Origin: Spirogloea muscicola
Lineage: Eukaryota
Length of the DNA stretch: 60,289 nt
Direction: 5' to 3'
Assembly: GCA_009602725.1 (NCBI GenBank)
Contig: WELB01000009.1
Coordinates: 1,324,548-1,384,836 of the forward strand
Shown here one piece after another: positions 12,505 through 22,608 of this stretch. Under the pieces are notes generated by a model. It was not told the origin of the DNA, did no database searches, and was given only the letters and a program-made list of their open reading frames with translations. How positions within the stretch are numbered: the stretch's first letter is position 1; each line of letters opens with the position of its first letter. A program made the position numbers and the translations under genes.

Positions 12505-15397
12505 TCAGTACCCGCGAGTGAGCGACATCAGGTCCGAGTAGCTCGAGGCAGGGAAGGAGGCACTCCGCCGAGATCCGGAGGCAGCGGCCAGAGCGCGTCC
12601 TGCGCGCGTGTGGACAGCGTGGGCAAGGGATCGCTGGAACGATACAGCCAAGCGCATGCGAAAGACCTGGGCGAGCGACCCGGCGGCGTTGAAGCCGGGC
12701 AGCGCCCCGGGCGGACACGACCGCCGATCAATAGCCTGACGAGCAAGCCGCTGGAGGAGATCCAGCCAGCGTCTGCCGAAGGCCCCGTGAACATCTATCG
12801 CCAGGGCCGCGACCTCATCACCGACCGGGTGATCGGCATATTTTTCCTCTTTTGCCCGGGCTGCCAGGCCTACCGCATGCCCTGCAAACGACGCCGACCT
12901 GGTGGGGTTGCCGGAGTCGTAGATGTCCGTTGTCACCACATCAGCGATGATGCGGGGACCGCCGCCGGGCGGGATAGCGACCAGGTCGGCGCGTCGGGTG
13001 TGCGACCGGCCGTCCTCGCCCCGCAGGATGGGCATGACTGAGGAGCACTCCACCGCCACCTTGAAGCCCGCCTCTATGAACACCCCCTGCATACCATCGC
13101 GCAAAAGATCATGGGAAGCGGTCCGCTCGCCTCCGTGGGCGCAACGGAGCATGTGCGCGGCCAGCTCCGCAGGGTCGGCGTGCCGGGCGCCGCACTCGCA
13201 CTGTGTGACACCTGTAAGGCAGGGAGGGAGGAGCCCCAAGAGCCGATGCACCGCCATCCGGAAGACCTCGTCGGGCATGGTAAGTGCTGCATAGAGTGGG
13301 AGCGCTTGGAGCCACGCCGCCGCCCCAGGGAAGAGGCGGAGAGAAGCCGAGCACGCCCGCGAACGTCAGACGGAGGGAGAAGCTCCACCGCCTGGTCAGA
13401 GGCCGCCTTCTCGACCAACGCCGTGAAGCGTGCCTGGGCACGCAGGTCTGGAGTGTGGGCGAGGTGCCGGAAAGGAACAGTCTGCTCGGACATGTTGGGG
13501 TGGACCTGCAGGTGCCTGTCGCGGGCAGTGCGGAGGGCGACTTGGAAGGGGAGTTGGCCTGTCTCCACATCGGCTGCCGCCCGCTCCAGGGCGCGTTGTC
13601 CGTGCACGAGGAACCTCTGACACATGGGGGCGGCCACCTGCGCCCAGCTTCCCAGGAAGGCCGCCTCACAGACGCGGGCAACTGAGCGGCATCCCAAGCC
13701 GCCCCGACTGATCGGCAGGCTGGCCTGCAGCTGCGCAGCTTGGGTGGTGAGGAACGCCGGGTGCTGCACGAGGGAGGCTGCGGCCGCCATAATGCCGGTG
13801 TCGAAGGCCTCATGCGCTGCCGTCACCGCCGGTGAGGGAAGGACGGTGCGGGCCAGGTAGTGGGGCCGCTGCGCGATGCACCGGGTCAGCATGGCAGTTG
13901 CCAGCTGCATGTCGTTCAGCGTGTGCAGGCGGGCCGCCGGCCGAAGGTGGTCCTGCAGCCGCCCCTGCAGCTGCTCCGCCACGAAGGCAGGTGCGCCCAG
14001 GGGGACGCCGAGGAGATTGAGGCCCTCGGCCGGTGTCTGGCAGCCCACGGGCAGGCCCAGGTGGGCTGGCAGGGGACCTGCGGGGGACCAGGCACTGCAC
14101 TTGTCCGCCCTGATGTCCAGGCCGATCGCGCCCAGCTGCACCTGGAGGGTGGCAAAGGCTGCCACGACGTCTGCAGGCGGTCCCACCAGAGTGGTATCAT
14201 CTGCGTACGTCGGCACCAGCACGCCAGGGTGAGCCGCGACCGTTGCCTGGAGCGCGCGATGGTGTGCCAGCGCGTAGTAGAGCCCAGCGAGTGGATCCCC
14301 TTGACGTGCACCCCTGATGGAGTGGAGGGTCTCCACCGCTCCCCCCTCCGTCCGCCACAGCAGGTCACTTGGCTGACCGTACCCCAGCCTGAAGAAGGGT
14401 AGAAGGCTGGGGAAGGCCTCTCTCAGCTCCTCCGCAATGACGTCCCGATCAACGCTATTGAAAGCATTGCGGACATCGACTGCCATAGCCACCCACTCGG
14501 GGTGCAGGTCCAGGGTGGCCCGTACGCCGTGCACGACCGTCTCGCCGCCGCTCCGCAGCCCCGCGCCAAACCGCTGGGGCGCCAGGTGTGCTTGGGCCTG
14601 CCCCGCGTGCTGTTGCCAGAGTGCGCGCCCCACCAGACGGTAGAGTACCTCCCCGATGGCGATGGGCCGGACCCCTCCGCCGGCCTTGCTGAGCGCCAAC
14701 AGTGTACTGGCGCACAGGACGTCCCGAATGCTGGCTGGGACCTGGTCGCGAGCGAGGAGCTGGCACACCTGGTGGAGCGCCGCGAAGTCGGCAGCGTCCC
14801 CCTCCAAGAAGATTTCCCGGAGGTGCTCGGTGAGCATGTGGGAAGGGCCTCCAGCGGCTGCGCGGCGGCTGCTCTGCAAGCGGCTGCGCGGCGGCTGCTC
14901 TGCAGGGCCTGCCGCAGGGCGTCGGCGTCGCGGACCACCTCCTCCAGCGGGGTGAAGGTGTCCAGCCACGGGGGCAGGGGGTTGCGCGCCGGAGGGTGCA
15001 GGGAGTCCAGGGCCGCCCGCGTGGCGGCGTTGGTGGGCGCCAGCACCGAGTCGTCCAGGGCCTGGACCGCCCTGGACAACTCGCCCGCATGGCCGAAGCG
15101 TAGCGCCCGGCGGACATTGGCGGCCCCGACTGGCGCGGCCGGCGTGGCCCCATGGTCTGCCGCCGAGGCGGCCACCGCTGCATCGTGGCGCGCCAGAAGC
15201 TCCTCCCACTGGCCGCCCTCGAACATCTGGACGCGCTCCAGGAGGGGCTGCTGGCCCTGCCGGCGGCCGTCGTTGGGGACTCGCCCGAGCAGTAGCCGGG
15301 GGAAGAGGAGGACCTGCTTGCAGGCCGCCTCGTCCCGATGGTCTCGGACAATCCGCTGCATCGCCGGGCGAAGCGCGCGGCGAATGTGTGGACGCAC
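12505..15397 (-). pseudogene. Disrupted RT-RLE ORF of the CRE-like element
   Basis: The protein is split over three frames: ~15450-14880, ~14850-13330 and ~13330-12505. Frameshifts come from a 26-bp duplication and an indel near 13330. Confidence 0.88.
14853..14904. repeat. Perfect 26-bp tandem duplication
   Basis: agcggctgcgcggcggctgctctgca occurs at 14853-14878 and 14879-14904. Confidence 0.95.
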
Positions 15398-15455
15398 CCA
15401 GCGGGGAACGTGGCGGACGAGCGGGAGGGCAGCCCGAAGGACTGTACGAGGTCCA

Positions 15456-17880
15456 AAGCAAGTGCTCTCGCATCAAGAAAGAAAGGGGCTGGAAAAGGCC
15501 AGCCCAAAATGAAGAAGAGCAAGGTCCAAAGAGCCGGAAGGCGCCTAAAACCTCACAGCTAGACAGGAAGAAAGAAGAAAGTGCTCGCCCATTGAGAATA
15601 GGGGCTGGAACAACCAGCCCGAAAAAGAATGAACAGAGTACGAGAAGGGGGCCAGGGGAAGCGCTAAGTAACAGAAACAAAGCTGCTACGAGACACTCAG
15701 TAACCCCTGCTAAGCAGCCGCAGATCAGAGATGCTGGGCTCCTGGAAGTGGGTCCCCTGGCCAGAGCCAGAGGCAGCAGCGAGGGCTCTGCCGGCACGAA
15801 GGTGCAGCGCCCGGGCCATGGACCTCTGCAGCGAGACGGCCAGGCGCATTCGATACACTTGCGCCAGCGACCCGGCTGCAGGGAAGTCAACCGGCTCCCC
15901 ATGGAAGCGCCGGGCGATGGTGTGGCGGGCGAGCTGGGTGAGCAGCTCGAGCCACCGAGCGCCCAGCGCCCCATGTGTGTCGATGGCCAACGGGAAGAAC
16001 TCGTCTTCCCGCGGATGATCCGCGTACTTCAGCTCTTTGGCCCGAGCAGCGCAGGCGACAGCATACCCAGCCGTGGTGGCACATTTGGCTGGGTGTGAGC
16101 GGTCGTAGGCATCAGTAGTCACCACGTCCAGGAGAAGACGTGGAAGAAAGGGCTCGACCATTGAGAAGAGTGGCTGGCAAAGCCAGCCCAAAAAGAATGG
16201 ACAATATCCCAAGCCAAAGAAAGAGGTGCCGAAAAAGAACTACACTACAGTCCATGCCTTTGGACAGGAGACCACCGCAGATGGAAGCTTAGTAACCACG
16301 AGTGAACAGCAGCAAGTCGGAGTAATTTGCAGCTGGGAAAGAGGCATCCCGCCGATGCAGCAGCCATGGCGCGGCCTGCTCGCAAGTTGACTGCGTGAGC
16401 GACGATCGACATACACTGGGCTGTCATGAGATATCCTGTCGATGGCTGATTGACGTCGATCTGACAAGGCATGTGAGGTGGCTGCACACGTGGACGTTTG
16501 AGGGACGTCACCTAGCGGTTGCATGTAAACCAAGTTTAGCAAACGGCACCTCCGACTCAGCTTCGGTCAGGTAAGTGAGCAGATGCCGCCGCGCCGTCGA
16601 TCAACATCGGCAATCGGACTTCATCCTACCATCCCAACCGCTTCACCACAGCGCCAACCTGCCGCTGAGCCGTCGATATGGCATCAGCGAGCCAACCCCA
16701 ACTACCATCCCAACCGCTCAACCACAACGCGGACCTGCCGCTGAGCCGTCGCTATGGCATCAGTGAGCAGTCCCCATCCTTTGCCGCTCGTACCGCTCAA
16801 AAGGCCTCAAAGCGAAGCCGAAAAGCCCTAAGGCCCCGCTCTGATGAAAGGAAAGGGCTCGCCCATTGAGGATAGGGGCTGGACAAGCCAGCCCAAAAAA
16901 GAATGAACAGAGAAGGCGCGCGGGGCGCATGAATTGAAAGGGAGGCCAATTCAAGCCAATACATTGTTCAGGAACAAAGAACGATAAGGGGGCCAGAGGA
17001 AGCCAGAGGAAGCGCTAAGAAACCAAAGCACACAAAGAAAGAAAGCAGCTACAAATTACTCAGTAACCCCTGCTAAGCAGCCGCAAATCAGAGAGGCTAG
17101 GGTCCTGGAAGTGGGTCCCCTGGACAGAGCCAGAGGCAGCAGCGGGCTGGCTTTTGGGCTGGCTTGTCCAGCCCCTATCCTTTCTTCGAGGGCTCTCCCG
17201 GCACGAAGGTGCAGCGCACGGGCCATGGACCTCTGCAGCGAGACGGCCAAGCGCATGCGATACACTTGCGCCAGCGACCCGGCTGCAGGAAAGTCTACCG
17301 GTTCACCATGGAAGCGACGGGCGATTGCGTGGCGGGCGAGCTGGTTAAGTAGCTCAAGCCACCGAGCGCCCAGAGCCCCATGGATGTCAATTGCCAACGG
17401 GAAGAACTCGTCTTCCGCCGGATGGTCGGCGTACTTGATCTCTTTTGCCCGAGGGTCTGATGGGGATGCCCCACCCTGATGGGCGAAGGCGGGTACCGGC
17501 CAGAGAAGGTGCTCGCCCATTGAGAAGAGGGGCTGGCAAAGCCAACCCAAAAAGAATGGACAATGTTCAAAGCCAAAGAAAGAGGTGCTGAAAAAGGACT
17601 ACACTACAAAGTGCAAGATGGTGCAGAGGGAGATGCAGATGGCTGCTCAGTATCCACGTGTGAGCAACAGCAGATCAGAGCCAGAGGAAGAAGTGGCACT
17701 CCCAATGGGGGCAAGGGCTGCGAAAAGCCAGCCCAAAAAGAATTTACAAAGGCTCAGAGGGGCCAAAGAGAGGTGAGCAGCTACAAATGGGCGCGCTCTT
17801 TTCCTTTACAAAGGGGCCTGAGGATGCAATGGTAAAACAGGGGGAGGGTGGATCACTCAATAAGTACGAGTGAGGAGCCA
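15456..17880 (-). mobile_element. Head-to-tail stack of 5'-truncated CRE-like fragments from several subfamilies
   Basis: Partial RLE ORFs 15697-16130 (DVVTTD..KELKY..RMRLAVSLQR..LSRGY*) and ~17056-17450, plus many isolated 3' UTRs. A short inverted 3' fragment lies at ~17143-17185. Confidence 0.88.
16626..16768. repeat. Two-copy ~67-bp direct repeat (period 76)
   Basis: ctaccatcccaaccgct..cctgccgctgagccgtcg.tatggcatcag.gagc at 16626-16692 and 16702-16768. Confidence 0.85.
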
Positions 17881-17882
17881 GG

Positions 17883-20800
17883 CTAGCGGCGGGTAAAGGT
17901 GAAAGGGTGAGGGAACAGCAATCCCAGGCTACACTGGCCTTGGGGATTAAGGGTGGAGGGGCAGAGCAGCAATAGCGGTCTCAGGGCTACACTGGCCTTG
18001 AGATTGAGGATGGAGGGTAAAGCCAAATAGGCCAAAGCGGTTGCTCTCAAAGCAATGCCATTCTTTCTGACCGGCATAAGCGAGCGGAGGGGCTAGGACC
18101 GAGCAGTTCTGCTCGGTCCGTTCTGTCCCCTTCTCTGAGCCGATTCTCCGCCACCGCCGCCGCCGCTGTCGTCGTCGCTTCTGCCGTCGTCGCTGCCGCT
18201 GCCGCTGTCGCTGCCGCCGTCCCCGCTGATACACCAGCGGGCATCGAGCGCGCGTTGGCCGTGCCAAGAAGGCACGGGTAGGCGTGAAGGACCGGATCTG
18301 CCCTTGAGGAGCCTTCTACCGGAGAATCCCGTCCACCGGTACGTGAACCGGTGCAGTGGCAAGGCATACCTGTTTTGCTCAATCTGACACTCTGAACACT
18401 GTCTCAGAGATTGTTGTTCTGCGTTGTTAACTGTGTCGTCTTCGGAAGTTGCATTGTTCATATCTTTGCCTGTACTAAGCAAAATCCCGAATAGGGTGAG
18501 TAGAGATACTGGCACTAAGTCCCGATTACAAGCGGGCAAACATTGATACGGGTTACCGGCACTGGATACTTTCAGTTACCGGTTGCCGAGACCATTGGTC
18601 CCTGTGAACAAGACCCTTCGCGGTCTCTAATTGATACCGATCCTGGTTCATATTCTACTGTGGATTGCTTGGTGTTACACACACACTCGTTCACAGGACC
18701 GAGTAGAACTCTTCGTTGTTTGCGATCTGATTCTTGCCTCAGAGATTGTCTTGGATAGAGCCTGTGGCATTGATTTGATTTCTACACCGAGGTTGTGTCT
18801 TTGTGTGGTTTGGCTGAGACATTCAGGCTGTTCACTATAGTGTATGGACTTAAGAAGCGGTCGAATTACTGAGTCTGTAGGTGAACCTTCAGACATTGTT
18901 GAGCCGCCATTGACGCATCAGACACTGCTGCTGCGGTTGATTTGCCTGCAGGAGACTCAGCAGCTATCCCCCGCAGACCACGCCGCGCCATCATGTCAAG
19001 CGGAAACCGACCTACATACAGAGGTACGCCAGGTGGCGACCCGCTGTCTAAAGTGAAGTTACATTACAATGCAGAGCTCTGTCAACTAAGATTGCTTGGC
19101 AGTGTCATCAGTCGAGACGACAAAATGCTGTTACTGGGGCCATATTTTAGTCATGAGGCAGCAGATGTCTACGAAAGACTTAAAGATGATCTCTTGACTA
19201 GGACTACGCCAGTCCCAGATAATGCATCAGCTGTAGAATGGGAAAGGGGTCCTCAGTTGCTGGACGATCCGGTCAAGCAAATGTTTAAGGCTTTAGAGGA
19301 ACAGTTTCCTGTGAACACAAATCTTTATAATCAGGAACTGCTCAGGTTTAGCCGGCTCCCAAATGAGTCGACCACTTTGTGCTACTTCCGGTTTGTGAAG
19401 CTTATCAAACAGTCAGAAACCCCTATCAGCGAGCAGGAACTAGCATCGCAGTTTCTGAGCGTTATTTCTGGCAAAGATCTAAAACAGATTCAGACCTTAT
19501 TGCTGGTACGTCGTCAGCAATTAGGCAAGAAAGATTATTATTTAGAGGATGTGTACAAGGTAATGTTGGAGAAAGAAGCTGATGATTTCGCACTGCACTT
19601 TGCAAATGAGCGATTTGCAGGTATTGAAAGTCAGCAGACTAAACAAATCAAGGTCGAAGTTAAGCCTGAAGGTATGAGACAGACCACTATAGAGGCATCG
19701 TCTTCTCAGAATCCTTCTGTCACACACTGTCTTCACTGCGGGAAGCGGGGACATGTTAAAGAGAATAATTGCAGGTTGCTTCATCAAACACCTGGAGCTA
19801 CTTGTTCTTTCTGTAAGAGGACGGGACATCTTGACACGCAGTGCTGGCAGAAACAATCGGAAAATTTGCCCAACTCCATGAAGGAGAAATATGGTCAAGA
19901 AAGGGTTTCTAACCACGTTGCGCAGTCTTCCGGTTCCTCTCCTTCAAAAATCGATCAGATGGCGAAACAGATTGCTGAATTGACCAAACAAATTGCTGTC
20001 ATTCAGAAGCAGCAAGAGTATAAGGTAGTTTCGTCTGTATTCCCTGACATGAACATGCAGGAGGACGAGGATTTCCGTCCCGGCAGGGATGATCAGCACA
20101 ATTCGGATGATGAGGATGAATGTGATGCCCATTTTGTTTCTGTTGTTGCAGCATTGCCTACAGCTACGACCAAGCCAAACAAACCACTGACTTCTGTGGC
20201 CATGGTGGACAACACCAGTGCTATTGTTCAAGTGACAACAGATTCTGCCACGGCAAAGCCAACCCTGGTAGTCTTGGACACAGGTGCTCAGCCAATCCTT
20301 CTTGGCCGTCAGTTTGCTAGGTCGCTGAATGTTAAGAAGGACATTCTTCGCACCAATGTGAAAGTTAAAACTGCAACGGGTGGCACAGACAGCATTGTTG
20401 GCATCACCAAGAAACCCATACAAATCATTCTAAACAGCGAGAACCCTATGTTGAGAACCACACTTACAGCTTCTTGCATGTTAACCAAAGCTGATAGCTA
20501 TGACATCCTGTTGGGTACGGAAGTTCTAGTACCGTTAGGCTTTGGTATTGATTATCATGCTGGACAAGCTTGGTACAGGACTGACAGACAGAAGTCTTGC
20601 ATGACCAAAGTTCCATTGCCTTTACTTCATGGGCAGCAGCTTGCTGATGTACCAGCTTTTAGTGCCATTGTCACAGGTGTTTCCCAAGCACAAGGTAAAC
20701 CAAGACAAGCTGGTACTCTAATTCCATTGACTCGACCTACAGAGACAGATTTATGCACAATGCGTTTTGATAAATCCCTGGTGCAGAAGCATGAAGTCGT

Positions 20801-21385
20801 GCAACTTTGTGCGCCAATTTCACCAAAGAAGGGCATGGAATCTACCATGTCGATGGCTGATCAAGTGAAGTCGTTGAAGCCAAAGCTTGGCTCGGGTATG
20901 TTACTCACCATTGCTAAATCTGCTTCGGAGCTGCAGTATATTCGACAGGCATCCCTTGCTCCGTTATCACGTCAAGGTGTAGACGCGGTGAATCATGGCA
21001 AACCAGCTCGAAAGTCTATCCCAAAGGTACGGAATCGGTCACAAGGACCAGGATCACGATTACATTATCTAACACCAGCGCTCACCGGCATACCTACAGA
21101 TGACTGGTTTTGCAGAACTTGTCTGGGTTCATACCCAACTCCTTCTCCTATGCCAGGACTCGCAGTTGGGGGGGGGGGGATAAAGTGATTCTTCCTTTCC
21201 AAGTTCTGGTAAACACACCACGTCATCTGTTGGTTACTTGTGATGCAGTGCAATGGTTATGCAGCTCTATAATTTCTTGTTTTTCGCTTTCAGATACTTT
21301 CATTTCTCGCTTTTCGTTTTCTTTCATAATGCGGACGTTGCTCAACCACGTGGATTTTGTCGTGTCACCTGAATTCTTTACAAGT
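17883..21385 (+). mobile_element. Internally deleted Ty3/gypsy-like LTR retrotransposon remnant (Gag-protease-PHD fragment)
   Basis: CA-t-TGG LTR-end/PBS-like signature at 18593-18598, a Gag-protease ORF, and a G-rich polypurine tract at ~21168-21185 followed by TG. No matching LTR pair is visible; both flanks are cut by CRE-like fragments. Confidence 0.65.
18942..21188 (+). CDS. Gag (two zinc knuckles) + aspartic protease + C-terminal half PHD finger; no RT, RNase H or integrase
   Basis: CLHCGKRGHVKENNC, CSFCKRTGHLDTQC, VLDTGAQ..DILLG and HYLTPALTGIPTDDWFCRTC. The likely original start is MDLRSGR at 18844, separated by a frameshift near 18900. Confidence 0.8.
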   Translation: MPAGDSAAIPRRPRRAIMSSGNRPTYRGTPGGDPLSKVKLHYNAELCQLRLLGSVISRDDKMLLLGPYFSHEAADVYERLKDDLLTRTTPVPDNASAVEWERGPQLLDDPVKQMFKALEEQFPVNTNLYNQELLRFSRLPNESTTLCYFRFVKLIKQSETPISEQELASQFLSVISGKDLKQIQTLLLVRRQQLGKKDYYLEDVYKVMLEKEADDFALHFANERFAGIESQQTKQIKVEVKPEGMRQTTIEASSSQNPSVTHCLHCGKRGHVKENNCRLLHQTPGATCSFCKRTGHLDTQCWQKQSENLPNSMKEKYGQERVSNHVAQSSGSSPSKIDQMAKQIAELTKQIAVIQKQQEYKVVSSVFPDMNMQEDEDFRPGRDDQHNSDDEDECDAHFVSVVAALPTATTKPNKPLTSVAMVDNTSAIVQVTTDSATAKPTLVVLDTGAQPILLGRQFARSLNVKKDILRTNVKVKTATGGTDSIVGITKKPIQIILNSENPMLRTTLTASCMLTKADSYDILLGTEVLVPLGFGIDYHAGQAWYRTDRQKSCMTKVPLPLLHGQQLADVPAFSAIVTGVSQAQGKPRQAGTLIPLTRPTETDLCTMRFDKSLVQKHEVVQLCAPISPKKGMESTMSMADQVKSLKPKLGSGMLLTIAKSASELQYIRQASLAPLSRQGVDAVNHGKPARKSIPKVRNRSQGPGSRLHYLTPALTGIPTDDWFCRTCLGSYPTPSPMPGLAVGGGGIK

Positions 21386-21389
21386 CTGC

Positions 21390-22320
21390 CCTATCGACAT
21401 TCCCTGGCAATCGACACTGTATGGCACGACAGGGCCTTCACCAGTCGCTGGCTGGACCTCCTGCAGCGACTTGCCTGGCGGGCCATCGATCATCGACAGG
21501 GTCCGCAAGGGAGCTGCCCGGCTTAATCGCTGCCGGGTCGCTTGCCCAGGTCTTCGGTATGCGGCTGTCAGTCTCTTTACAACGTTCCCTGGGTCACGCC
21601 GTCCACTTGCGAGCAGGCCACGCTATGGCTGCTGCATCTGGGTCTAGGCGGGGTGCCTCTTTCCCAGCTGCGAGTTACTCAGACTAGCTGCTGCTCGTGG
21701 TTACTGAGCTTCTATCTGTAGTGGTCTCGTATCTAGCTGTGTGGTCTCAGGCGCCTTCCGGCTCTTTGGAGCTTGTCCATTCTTTTTGGGCTGGCTTTGT
21801 CAGCCCCTCTTCTCATGGGCGAGCACTTCTTTCCCTAACCTTCTATGGTAGAGCACTTTCTGCTAGGGAGGGCTGGAAAGAAGGCGCGGCCAGATTGACT
21901 GGTGGCTGTGAGAGGCCAGCCCAAAGGAATTGACAAGGTCCGAAGGTGCAGAAAGCAAGGTGCTCAGTGCCAAGTCGGCAGCAAGGAAAGAAAAGAAAGG
22001 GAACTCTCACTGACTCTCTCTCAGTAACCTCTAGTCAGGAGATGCAAATCAGAATAGCTAGCAGGAAGAAGAAGAAGAAGTGGCACTCCCAATGGGGGCA
22101 AGGGCTGCGAAAAGCCAGCCCAAAAAGAATTCACAAAGGTTCAGAGGGGCCTAAGAGCGGTGAGCAGCTACAAAGGGGCCTGAGGATGCTATGGTAAACC
22201 AGGGGGAGGATGGATCACTCAGTAAGTACGAGTGAGGAGCCTCAGATCCGACAGACTAGCTGCCTGGAAGCTATCACCCTGACGAAAGCCAGAGCCCGCA
22301 GCGAGAGCACGGCCAGCTCG
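21390..22320. mobile_element. CRE-like 3' fragments (plus strand ~21390-21860, minus strand ~21860-22320)
   Basis: RWLDLLQRLA..AAGSLAQVFGMRLSVSLQRSL..AAASGS and a hairpin 3' UTR; minus-strand copies with a (CTT)n tail at 22063-22080. Confidence 0.85.
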
Positions 22321-22608
22321 NGAAAGCTTTGCTCCTGGCAAGTGTTCCAGAAGTCACATAAGGTCACCATCAAAAAGCATGACATAAGGTGCAGAATGCT
22401 CTTAGCATGTACAAAGAGCAGGAGCTGCATGCGTGCTCTGCTGCTGACTTGCTAGCAGCAACTTGCAAATCTATTCTGTGTCATGCAGTGGTTCTGACAC
22501 ACACTGTAAAGGGTGACAAACAGCAAGACCTTGGAGTCTGTCCTAGACAGCACCTCCTTCTTAGATGTCAACAACAATTTGACTAGAGGCCCAGAGGTGG
22601 CTCGTGAC

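Larger units (their letters stand above)
12368..15455 (-). mobile_element. 5'-truncated CRE-clade-like non-LTR retrotransposon (RT + CCHC + restriction-like endonuclease)
   Basis: RT motifs KAGGGVRPIAIGE, DVRNAFNSVDR, GARQGDPL, YADD, LLGVPLG and LPISRGGLG. These are followed by CECG..HMLRC, ASHD, RRADLV..IADV and KEEKY (RLE), the ORF end LTRGY* at 12505 and a ~135-nt 3' UTR ending in TTCTTCT. Confidence 0.92.

Noticed and set aside
13074..15974. 966-aa ORF as a single protein
   Set aside because: Only ~14850-13330 is in the RT frame; both ends are out-of-frame read-through of GC-rich sequence.
16835..16890. Hammerhead-like CTGATGA..GAAA and an HDV-like look of the 3' UTR
   Set aside because: There is no stem II for a hammerhead and the GAAA belongs to an element tail. 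HDV P4 and the P2 3' strand are absent.
17683..22250. ~200-bp direct repeats (17683-17880 and 22075-22250) flanking the gag-protease ORF that look like LTRs
   Set aside because: They are minus-strand 3' UTRs of a CRE-like subfamily, with a related copy at ~25765-25870, and lack TG..CA ends.
22321..22321. Element truncations at single Ns (22321, 49588, 58038)
   Set aside because: These are probably contig joins at collapsed repeats, so they were not used as biological junctions.
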